The notes beneath the pieces were generated by a model. It did no database searches, was not told where the DNA came from, and saw only the letters and a list, made by a program, of their open reading frames with translations. 64,000 nucleotides of DNA from Chloroflexota bacterium (lineage in GTDB: Bacteria; Chloroflexota; Dehalococcoidia; SZUA-161; SpSt-899): positions 18,073 to 82,072 of the forward strand of contig JABMQN010000003.1 of assembly GCA_013203045.1 (NCBI GenBank), given 5' to 3'. This document shows, in pieces, positions 48,550 through 56,574 of the stretch (within the stretch, counting starts at the first letter, position 1; each line of letters starts with the position of its first letter). The translations under genes and the position numbers were made by a program.

Positions 48550-49494
48550 ATGAATGGTAGTGCGTCTTCTCAATTGGATGGTCTGGATTTAATGTTGATC
48601 CGGGAGTTGGAAATCAATGCCCGGCAGACAAGTGTAAATCTGGCTAAAAAATTACACATTAGCAGGCCGACCATAAGAACGAAGCTACAGAAACTGATTG
48701 ATGATAATATCATCAGGATTATCCCGATTGCCGATCCGTTGGCTATGGGGTTCAAGACACGGGTCAATCTGGGTTTCAACACACTTCCCAGTGAAGTTGA
48801 TAGAGTTGCCAATGCTCTGGCCTCCCACAAGGATATCCATCACGTGGCGATTTTCACGGGTCGATATGATGTAATGGCCTGGGCGGTTCTGGAAAGCCCG
48901 GAGTATCTTCCCGATTTCGTGATGAAAGATTTGGCGGGAATTGCAGGTATTACCCGGGTCGAAACGATGGTGAATCTAAAGATGGTGAAAGTTTGCTATG
49001 CATTTTTATCGGAGCAAAACCATGCCATGAGGAGTCAGCCGCCTCAAGAGCCTCTCAATGATCTGGATGTAAGACTAATCAGGGAGCTCCGGACGGATGC
49101 GCTACAGACACAAACGGAGCTGGCCCCTAAATTGGGAAGAAGTCCGTCTACTATTCGAAGGCGTCTCCAGCGTCTTCTGGATGAAGAGATCATTCGGATT
49201 GTAGCTATTGCTGATCCGGCTGCTCTGGGATACAAAACGAGGGCAACGATCGGGATCAATGTCCAGCCGGGTAGAGTTGATGCCGTGGCTCAAGAACTTT
49301 CCGTGTTCAGTTGTGCTCATCATGTGTTAATAAATACGGGCCATTTTGATTTGATCGTCTCAACGGATTTTGAGGGCCCTGAAGAGCTATCGAGCTTTGT
49401 GAGGGAAGATTTGGGCAGGATTCAAGGTTTAATAAGTCACGAGACAATGATATGTCTTAAGACTTCCAAAGATGATTTTACGTTTGCCAACTAG
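48550..49494 (+). CDS. tandem-duplicated Lrp/AsnC-family regulator (two HTH+RAM units in one polypeptide)
   Basis: Two repeats with 40-50% identity: LMLIRELEINARQTSVNLAKKLHISRPTIRTKLQKLIDDNIIRI... and VRLIRELRTDALQTQTELAPKLGRSPSTIRRRLQRLLDEEIIRI... Confidence 0.75.
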   Translation: MNGSASSQLDGLDLMLIRELEINARQTSVNLAKKLHISRPTIRTKLQKLIDDNIIRIIPIADPLAMGFKTRVNLGFNTLPSEVDRVANALASHKDIHHVAIFTGRYDVMAWAVLESPEYLPDFVMKDLAGIAGITRVETMVNLKMVKVCYAFLSEQNHAMRSQPPQEPLNDLDVRLIRELRTDALQTQTELAPKLGRSPSTIRRRLQRLLDEEIIRIVAIADPAALGYKTRATIGINVQPGRVDAVAQELSVFSCAHHVLINTGHFDLIVSTDFEGPEELSSFVREDLGRIQGLISHETMICLKTSKDDFTFAN

Positions 49495-49545
49495 GATTGA
49501 ATCAGTAACATCGGGTGAAGCAGTGTTCGTAAGAGGTGATACAAC

Positions 49546-50301
49546 ATGAAACTGGAAAACAAAGTAGCGATTGTAAGCGGAGCAGCTTCCGGTATTGGTC
49601 GGGCTATTGCGCTTAATTTGGCTGAGAACGGGGCAAGGGTAGCTGTGTGCGATATCAACTTGGATGGAGCCGAAGAGGTAGCTAATGAGATTGGGGCGTC
49701 GGGGGGCGAAGCTCTCGCACTGAAGGTCGATGTTTCAAATTGGCCAGAGGTAGAAGCAAACGTAACGACAGTTCTTGAAAAGTTTGGGATTATAGATGTA
49801 CTGGTGAACAGTGCTGCTTATCTGGGATTTCAGATGGGCAAGGCATTTCATGAAGAGGAACTGGAAGAGTGGGATAAGCACATCAATGTTACCCTCAAAG
49901 GCACGCTACATTTCTGTAGAGCGGTTATCCCTCATATGATCGCCCAGCAATCCGGGCGAATAGTCAATATTACCTCGACCGCTGCAAAGGTTGGGGATCC
50001 TGCTGTTCCGGTTTTCTATCCGGCCTGTAAAGCTGGCATTGCGGCTGTTTCGAGATGCCTTGCTGCACAACTGGCTCGTCATGGGATACTGATCAATTGC
50101 GTGGCTCCGGGCCCGATTCAAACACCAGCGCTTCTGAGTCAACCACCGATATATCTCGAAAAGATGGCGAAGCCTATTCCATTAAAACGTCTGGGGGAAC
50201 CGGAGGATGTGGCCAATATGGTGCTTTTCCTTTCCTCGGATGACTCTAAATTTATCACCGGTCAGCATTACAGTGTTGATGGTGGAATCACCCTTTTTTA
50301 A
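49546..50301 (+). CDS. SDR-family oxidoreductase
   Basis: SGAASGIGRA and Y..K (YPACK). Confidence 0.85.
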   Translation: MKLENKVAIVSGAASGIGRAIALNLAENGARVAVCDINLDGAEEVANEIGASGGEALALKVDVSNWPEVEANVTTVLEKFGIIDVLVNSAAYLGFQMGKAFHEEELEEWDKHINVTLKGTLHFCRAVIPHMIAQQSGRIVNITSTAAKVGDPAVPVFYPACKAGIAAVSRCLAAQLARHGILINCVAPGPIQTPALLSQPPIYLEKMAKPIPLKRLGEPEDVANMVLFLSSDDSKFITGQHYSVDGGITLF

Positions 50302-50316
50302 GGGAGGTATAAAGAC

Positions 50317-50493
50317 ATGCTCGTAGTTGCTGAGGATACTTGTGTAGGTTGTGGAAGGTGCGTAACATTCTGTCCTGAAGAAGCCCTGTGGGCTTGGGGG
50401 ATTTTGGAGATCGACTATGAAAAGTGTACCGAATGCCTCATTTGTATTGATAACTGCCCGGTCGACGCGTTGAGAGTAGAGGAGAGTGCGTGA
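50317..50493 (+). CDS. 58-aa 2x[4Fe-4S] ferredoxin (unannotated small ORF)
   Basis: Hand translation MLVVAEDTCVGCGRCVTFCPEEALWAWGILEIDYEKCTECLICIDNCPVDALRVEESA, with two CxxCxxCxxxCP motifs. AGGGAGG RBS at 50301-50307. Stop overlaps the next start (TGATG). Confidence 0.75.
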   Translation: MLVVAEDTCVGCGRCVTFCPEEALWAWGILEIDYEKCTECLICIDNCPVDALRVEESA

Positions 50494-51824
50494 TGAGGCA
50501 GGAAAAGTATGATGTCGTGGTGATCGGGGCCGGTGTCGGGGGGCTCTGCTCCGGGGCATTGCTTGCTCATAAAGGATACAAAACACTGGTAGTCGAAAAG
50601 CTTCCCGCTGTGGGGGGCAGGTGCTCGACCATTGATTATAAAGGTTACAAAGTCCCGGTTGGCGCCGTCGGTGTTCCCAGCAGTGGACCATTCAGGGAGG
50701 TGTTCGAAGAAGTAGGTGCGGAATTTAATGTGAAGCAGCATCCGGAAGGAAAATATCTTGTGGATGGAACCGAAATCCCTCTCCCTGAGAAGGGGCAGTT
50801 CAACGCAATTCTGTCTCATTGCTGCAAAAATGAAGATGAGTTCAATCGGATAAGAAAAGCCATGCGTCGCGCCGATACGTGGGAGAAGCCATCCAACGAG
50901 ATTACTCTGCGTGACTGGTTGCTTCAATACACTGATAACGAGAATGTGCTGGCGCTGTTTCAGAATGTCTGTTCTGCTTTCATTATCGCTAATGCTCATG
51001 AAGCTTCCGCACAAGAGTTCTTTGATATCCGGACCGGGATGATGCGATCGTATGGCGCTGCGTGTTTCCCTTTGGGCGGGAGTATTGCTCTAATGGAGTC
51101 TTTGGTGTCTGTCATCAAGGTGAGGGGCAGTGATGTCTGGACGGGGAGTCCGGCAACCAAGATTCTGGTGACTGATGAGAAAGTAAGAGGCGTTGTAGTC
51201 AATTCTCCAAAAGGAGACGTAGAGATAACGGCGGATGCGGTGATCAGCAATGCCGGTCCCAAGAGGACGGTGGAACTGGCCGGTAGAGAGAATTTCGATA
51301 AGGGCTTCCTGTGCGAAGTGGACCGTATGAAGCCTGCCTTTCAGATGTGGATCACTACTGTCAGTGATCGTCCGCTGTACGATTGGCCCGTGGTGACTAC
51401 TCTTAAAACCAGACGAATGATCAACATGATGATTCCCTCCATGGTAATTCCCGGTTTGGCCCCTCCGAACAAGCACATCCATTATTCGATCTCAGGTCCC
51501 GCAGATCAGACGGGGCATTGGAACATGAAGGAAGAAGTAGACCTGCATATCCAGGATTTAAAGGATAATATTCCTCTGTTTAGTGAACATGGCGAGGTTT
51601 TGCATGTAGGATGCTACTGGGGAGATTGGCCCACGATAACCAATACACCGTTCGCAGGATACCAGCCAATGAAACAGAAGACTCCGATTGAAAATCTGTA
51701 TCAGGTTGGAGAAGCAGTGGGGCCTCGCGGATGGTTAGGCGGTACTCCCGGATGTGCTCTAACGGCGAAAATGGTGGTAGAGGAAGTAGATAAGCGAATA
51801 ACCCGGCAGCGCATGACCGGCTAG
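50493..51824 (+). CDS. FAD-dependent oxidoreductase, phytoene-desaturase (CrtI)-like / NAD(P)-binding Rossmann-like
   Basis: YDVVVIGAGVGGLCSGALLAHKGYKTLVVEK...GGR is the dinucleotide-binding signature. Confidence 0.75.
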   Translation: MRQEKYDVVVIGAGVGGLCSGALLAHKGYKTLVVEKLPAVGGRCSTIDYKGYKVPVGAVGVPSSGPFREVFEEVGAEFNVKQHPEGKYLVDGTEIPLPEKGQFNAILSHCCKNEDEFNRIRKAMRRADTWEKPSNEITLRDWLLQYTDNENVLALFQNVCSAFIIANAHEASAQEFFDIRTGMMRSYGAACFPLGGSIALMESLVSVIKVRGSDVWTGSPATKILVTDEKVRGVVVNSPKGDVEITADAVISNAGPKRTVELAGRENFDKGFLCEVDRMKPAFQMWITTVSDRPLYDWPVVTTLKTRRMINMMIPSMVIPGLAPPNKHIHYSISGPADQTGHWNMKEEVDLHIQDLKDNIPLFSEHGEVLHVGCYWGDWPTITNTPFAGYQPMKQKTPIENLYQVGEAVGPRGWLGGTPGCALTAKMVVEEVDKRITRQRMTG

Positions 51825-51866
51825 AATGTATATCTCGATGGCAGCTTTACCGGTGCAGGTTAGGAA

Positions 51867-53771
51867 ATGAGCGAGTTTGGATATGCTGGTCAAATCCTAA
51901 AAGTTGATCTCTCCGAAGGGAAGATCACCACGCTCCCAACGGCTGATTATTCCGATAGATTCCTCGGCGGCCGAGGCGTAGCTGCCAAGATATATTGGGA
52001 CGAAGTTCCTCCTCAAACCAAGTCTCTTTCCCCGGGGAATTACCTCATTTTTGTTAATGGACCTCTGGCCGGATTCACTCGTTTAGCGGGGTCTCGATGG
52101 CAAATATGCGGAAAATCCCCTGCGACGCAGCCGGAGCAGTTTTCCTATGCGAATGCGGGTGGCAGTTGGGGTGCGTGGCTGAAGTTCGCAGGCTTCGATG
52201 GTATTGCCGTCACTGGCAAATCGGATACACTCGTGTATTTGTGTGTGAGAGATGGCCAATGCGAAATTCGGGATGCTACTCATTTGGCGGGCAAGAGCAC
52301 CATCGAAACACGGCAAATACTGAAGCAATATCTGGGGAAGGATACGAGGGTAGTGGCAACTGGCCCTGCGGGTGAAAACCAGGTCTCCTTCGCAACACTG
52401 CTGGCGGACGAAGACTCCAGTGCTTCTGCTGGCTTTGGTGCGGTGATGGGTTCGAAGAATCTTAAAGCTATCGCAGTGATTGGCGATAAAAAGCCCATTG
52501 CTGCCGATCCCGAGAGACTCAAAGAACTGGCCGATCAGATAGCCCAATTGCGTAAAGGTACCCACGAAATGTACACCCCGGCAATACCGGGCCGAACCAA
52601 GCGTACAGCTTGCTATGGATGTCCCACTGGCTGCACTCGTCAGATTTATACGGCTGACGATGGAGATCGGGGTAAATTTTTCTGTGAGTCTCTTGCCTTT
52701 TATCTCAAGCAGGCTCAGGAGTATTATGGAGACTGGCCTGAACCTTCATTTTACGCTAACAGGCTTTGCGATAAATACGGCCTCGATACCGCTGTGATGG
52801 AACCGATGATCATCTGGCTTTCCCGATGTTTTAAAGAAGGCGTTTTATCGGAGTCGGAGACAGGTCTACCGCTATCCAAGATTGGGAGCAATGAGTTCAT
52901 CGAAGCACTCGTTCGCAAAATTTCTCTACGAGAAGGTTTTGGCGACGTGCTTGCTGATGGGATCATACGGGCCGCACAATCGGTGGGCGAAGAGGCAGAA
53001 CACCTGATCGGTGATTGTATTGCTACGAAAGGCAATGAGGTAAGAACGTATGATCCCCGGTTGTACAATATCACCGCGCTTCTTTACGCTACAGAACCGA
53101 GGCGGCCGATTCAGCAACTCCACGAGGTGAGCATTACGATATCTGAGTGGATTCAATGGCAGAAAGGCGGCAAAGATTCGTTCCTTTCATCCGAGTCCTT
53201 TCGCGATATATCAAAGGAATTCTGGGGAAGTGAAGCTGCGTTTAACTTCATGACCTTGGATGGAGCGGCGCTCGCAGCCAAGATGATTCAAGATCGGACA
53301 TATGCTAAAGAAAGCCTGATTCTTTGCGACTTTCTCTGGCCGATCATGTGGGTCCGGTATTCAGAAAACCATGCCGGAGACCCAACCCTTGAGGCTAAGG
53401 TTCTATCAGCGGTTACTGGCACCCAGGTGGATAGAGAGGAGCTTGATCGCATAGGCGAAAGAATTTTCAATTTGCAGAGGGCTATCCTGGTCCGAGAGGG
53501 GCGCAGGGGAAGGGAAGGAGATACTCTTTTGGATTTCTTTCATACCGATCCACTGGAGTTTGAGGTCTTGAATCGCAGACTTCTGGTTCCCGGGAAAGAT
53601 GGTGAGCCTATATCCCGCAAAGACGCGATACTGGAGAAATCCGACTTCGAACGTTTGAAGGATGAGTATTACGAACTTAGAGGTTGGGATGTTGCCACTG
53701 GACTTCAAAAACGAGAGAAGCTGGTTGAACTTGGGCTTGAGGACGTAGCTCCCGAATTGGATACTAATTGA
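51867..53771 (+). CDS. tungsten-containing aldehyde:ferredoxin oxidoreductase (AOR family)
   Basis: GYAGQILKVDLSEGKI...LGGRG N-terminal domain and CYGCPTGC 4Fe-4S motif. Confidence 0.88.
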   Translation: MSEFGYAGQILKVDLSEGKITTLPTADYSDRFLGGRGVAAKIYWDEVPPQTKSLSPGNYLIFVNGPLAGFTRLAGSRWQICGKSPATQPEQFSYANAGGSWGAWLKFAGFDGIAVTGKSDTLVYLCVRDGQCEIRDATHLAGKSTIETRQILKQYLGKDTRVVATGPAGENQVSFATLLADEDSSASAGFGAVMGSKNLKAIAVIGDKKPIAADPERLKELADQIAQLRKGTHEMYTPAIPGRTKRTACYGCPTGCTRQIYTADDGDRGKFFCESLAFYLKQAQEYYGDWPEPSFYANRLCDKYGLDTAVMEPMIIWLSRCFKEGVLSESETGLPLSKIGSNEFIEALVRKISLREGFGDVLADGIIRAAQSVGEEAEHLIGDCIATKGNEVRTYDPRLYNITALLYATEPRRPIQQLHEVSITISEWIQWQKGGKDSFLSSESFRDISKEFWGSEAAFNFMTLDGAALAAKMIQDRTYAKESLILCDFLWPIMWVRYSENHAGDPTLEAKVLSAVTGTQVDREELDRIGERIFNLQRAILVREGRRGREGDTLLDFFHTDPLEFEVLNRRLLVPGKDGEPISRKDAILEKSDFERLKDEYYELRGWDVATGLQKREKLVELGLEDVAPELDTN

Positions 53772-53796
53772 CAATATAGAACCTTCATGCTAGAAT
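53768..53796 (+). promoter_or_regulatory. sigma70 promoter TTGACA-17-TAGAAT (TGCTAGAAT extended -10), overlapping the AOR stop
   Basis: Hexamers read directly. Third occurrence of the TGCTAGAAT -10 in the window. Confidence 0.55.
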
Positions 53797-53847
53797 TTTG
53801 CACCCAAATCCTCCATTAGAAATTAGATTACTGATTAACTGGCACTG

Positions 53848-53948
53848 AAAAAGGGTAAACCTGCCGAAAGGCGGCGGCGCAGAGCTACGGGTCTAAAGTC
53901 GCATGAGCCAGGACAACCGAGTTACCGAGTGCGACTTCGACTTTGTTA
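53848..53948 (+). ncRNA. structured 5' leader with GEMM/c-di-GMP-I-riboswitch-like motifs (GGGUAAACC...CGAAAG...GGUCUAAA...GUUACCGA)
   Basis: By-eye resemblance to the c-di-GMP-I consensus (GCAAACC, GNRA loop, CUAAA, GUUACCGA). Not computationally verified. Confidence 0.35.
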
Positions 53949-53984
53949 CGCCTTTGGGCCGCATTGCCCAAAGGCGTTTGTGTC
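53949..53984 (+). terminator. intrinsic terminator/attenuator hairpin CGCCTTTGGG-CCGCATTG-CCCAAAGGCG + TTTGTGTC
   Basis: Perfect 10-bp GC-rich stem followed by a U-rich tract, located inside the leader upstream of the PAS gene. Confidence 0.6.
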
Positions 53985-54015
53985 AGATAAAAATCCCAAT
54001 AATGAGGGTATTCGT

Positions 54016-55734
54016 ATGAGAGATGAAAAGAAAACCAAAGCAAAACTCATCGAAGAACTGCAACAGATGCGCTATAGAGTGGCCGAATTGGAGGCCCCAG
54101 AAACAGGACGCAAGCAGACGGAGGAACAATTGAGAATCCTCTCATCGGTAGTTGATCAAAGTGTAAACTCAATTGCCGTACTCGACAATGAAGGCAATGT
54201 TGAATACGTGAATTCGAAACTGCTTGAGCCATATGAAATTAATCCCGAGGAAATCATTGGTACAAACTGGCGGTCCTTTCTATCTGAACATTCCTCTCTG
54301 AGAAGCCGGTATGACGAAATGCGAAGCACTGTTCTGGAAGAGGGGGAAGTATGGAGAGGAGAAGTCTCAGATAGAACAGTGAACGGGGAAACAATATGGA
54401 GAGAAGCGACTGTTTTCCCAATTGTAGATGCGAGCGGAACGGTTACCCATTCCGTGTATATGAGCCAGGACATTACTGATCGCAAACAGGCAGAGCAAGA
54501 GCGAGTACGGTTAACTGCAATTCTAGAGAACACCAGCGACATGGTTTCTACGGCGCTGCCAGACCAACGAATAACCTATATGAACCGAGCGGGAAAAGAA
54601 ATGCTTGGCTGGCCAAATGAAAACATCTCTATAGATAAAGATATTCACATGGCTCATCCGCAGTGGGCTGCTGAAATGATTGAGAAAGAAGGTGTTTCCA
54701 CAGCGATCCGCGATGGTATCTGGAGAGGTGAGACTGCGTTGTTGGGTACCAATGGCACCGAGATTCCGGTTTCACAGGTGATCATGTCTCATAAGTCTTC
54801 AACCGGCGAATTGGAATACCTGTCCACCATCATTCGAGATATCAGTGAGCGCAAGCAGGCAGAGGAAGTAATGAGACAAAGCGAAGAAACCCTCAAAGTA
54901 TCTCAGGAGATCGGCCATATCGGCAGTTGGAGCCTCGACCTGGAAAAAAACGATCTGTTGTGGTCTGACGAGGTCTACCGGATATTCGGATTGATGCCTC
55001 AGCAGTTTGACACCACGTATGAGGTGTTTTTAGAAGCAGTTCATCCGGATGATAGGGAGATGGTCAACTCGGCTTATACCACTGCTATTAAAACTCATGC
55101 TCCCTATGAAGTGGTCCACAGGGTCCTGAGACCGAACGGGGAAGTGAGAATTGTCCGAGAAAAATCGGTAGACATTGCAGACGAATCTGGAAGGATAGTT
55201 CGATCTGTCGGAATGATACATGATATTACCGAGCAGAAGCTGGCCGAGGAGGCCCTGAGGGACAGTGAAGAGAAACTCCGCAGTATTCTTGAATCATCTC
55301 CCGATGCCATTACCGTCACTAATCTGGAGGCAAAGCTGACCGATTGCAATCCCGCAACTCTGTCCATGCACGGTTTTGATACTATGGAAGAACTGATCGG
55401 CATGGATACCCTTGAGTTAATAAAGCCGGAAGATCATCAAAGGGCGGTGGAAAATATCCAAAGAACTTTGGATCAGGGTACCGCGAAGAATATAGAATAC
55501 ACTTTTTTAAGAAAAGACGGAACTGAATTCTTAGGAGAAATTTCCGCAAGCGTGATTCGGGATGTGTTTGGCAATCCGGTTTCCTTCGTGGCCATAACAA
55601 AAGACATCGCTGAGCGCAGGCAAGCGGAGGAAGTACTGCGGGAATCGGAGGGAAAATTCAGAAGCATAGTCAATTCCTCCCCGATGGGGATGCATATGTA
55701 CCAACTGGAATCCGACGGACCGCTTCAAAGGTGA
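54016..55734 (+). CDS. multi-PAS/PAC sensor protein lacking any recognisable output domain
   Basis: Coiled-coil N-terminus followed by about four PAS/PAC repeats. Ends ...MHMYQLESDGPLQR with no HisKA/HATPase/GGDEF/EAL. ATG 54016 (the track extension runs through the terminator hairpin). Confidence 0.7.
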   Translation: MRDEKKTKAKLIEELQQMRYRVAELEAPETGRKQTEEQLRILSSVVDQSVNSIAVLDNEGNVEYVNSKLLEPYEINPEEIIGTNWRSFLSEHSSLRSRYDEMRSTVLEEGEVWRGEVSDRTVNGETIWREATVFPIVDASGTVTHSVYMSQDITDRKQAEQERVRLTAILENTSDMVSTALPDQRITYMNRAGKEMLGWPNENISIDKDIHMAHPQWAAEMIEKEGVSTAIRDGIWRGETALLGTNGTEIPVSQVIMSHKSSTGELEYLSTIIRDISERKQAEEVMRQSEETLKVSQEIGHIGSWSLDLEKNDLLWSDEVYRIFGLMPQQFDTTYEVFLEAVHPDDREMVNSAYTTAIKTHAPYEVVHRVLRPNGEVRIVREKSVDIADESGRIVRSVGMIHDITEQKLAEEALRDSEEKLRSILESSPDAITVTNLEAKLTDCNPATLSMHGFDTMEELIGMDTLELIKPEDHQRAVENIQRTLDQGTAKNIEYTFLRKDGTEFLGEISASVIRDVFGNPVSFVAITKDIAERRQAEEVLRESEGKFRSIVNSSPMGMHMYQLESDGPLQR

Positions 55735-55981
55735 ACGTGACCCCACAATCAGCACATTGCAGTTCTCTATCAGTGAAACTCATTGAATGACCTCCTTTTT
55801 AAGAATTGTGAACTGAACTTTGGTCATTGATTTGTATGGTAATAACTTGGGGAGATGATACTACACCGCATATATAGCAAGGCATTTCGATCACAATCCA
55901 AAAGTCTTGGTTTAGGGGTAAAGACCTGCTCAAGTATGAGGTGTTACCAATTATAACGTTTAAGCAGTATTAGTACTAGCT

Positions 55982-56116
55982 CTACCCGATCCTAAACACC
56001 TTCGTCTTACACTTACCACACGTACCCTTAGTGGCTGGCCTGCCGTTCTTCATCTTGACCTTCTTGGGACTCTGGATCTCAACCTTCTTGCGGCATTTCA
56101 TGCAATACGCAGTCAT
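55982..56116 (-). CDS. 44-aa zinc-ribbon protein (MTAYCMKCRKKVEIQSPKKVKMKNGRPATKGTCGKCKTKVFRIG), DUF5679-like
   Basis: Not in ORF track. ATG 56116 with GGGAGG RBS, TAG at 55982. CxxC...CxxC ribbon. Confidence 0.6.
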   Translation of the reverse strand: MTAYCMKCRKKVEIQSPKKVKMKNGRPATKGTCGKCKTKVFRIG

Positions 56117-56574
56117 AAGAATACCTCCCTTTAAATAAAGGCTGCTTATCTACAAGACGAGTGGCAACGTGCGGAAGTTCCTTGATGGGCCTATGACAGA
56201 TAGCGGAAAGGTGATTCTCAGATCGTTAAACGCACGAGAATAACTGTAGGGGCGAGTTTAGGTTTCTAGGGTAGGCCCTCACTAGGTTGGGCATTGTTCA
56301 CCTTCAGCAAAACTCAAGATACAGAGAGAATCACCCACTACACTGAGCCTCTTGCAAAATTCTGTGGAACAGGCTTGAGACTTGCAATTGATTAAGAAAG
56401 ACAGGCCCAATATGTTTTTACAACCACGCAAGCCTGGAAATTGTCTGCCTTACCCCAATAATTGAGGTAAATAGAGCTATTATCTTTGTTTTTGCCGTTT
56501 CTTGAGCATACTTCCCCTTTTGCAACCGCGTTTGGCGCATTTGAAAACTTCTCTTTTCGTTATCAAGTAAGAAA

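Noticed and set aside
53929-54015. 29-aa upstream extension of the PAS gene in the ORF track
   Set aside because: Runs through the 10-bp terminator hairpin and lacks an RBS. ATG 54016 is the likelier start.
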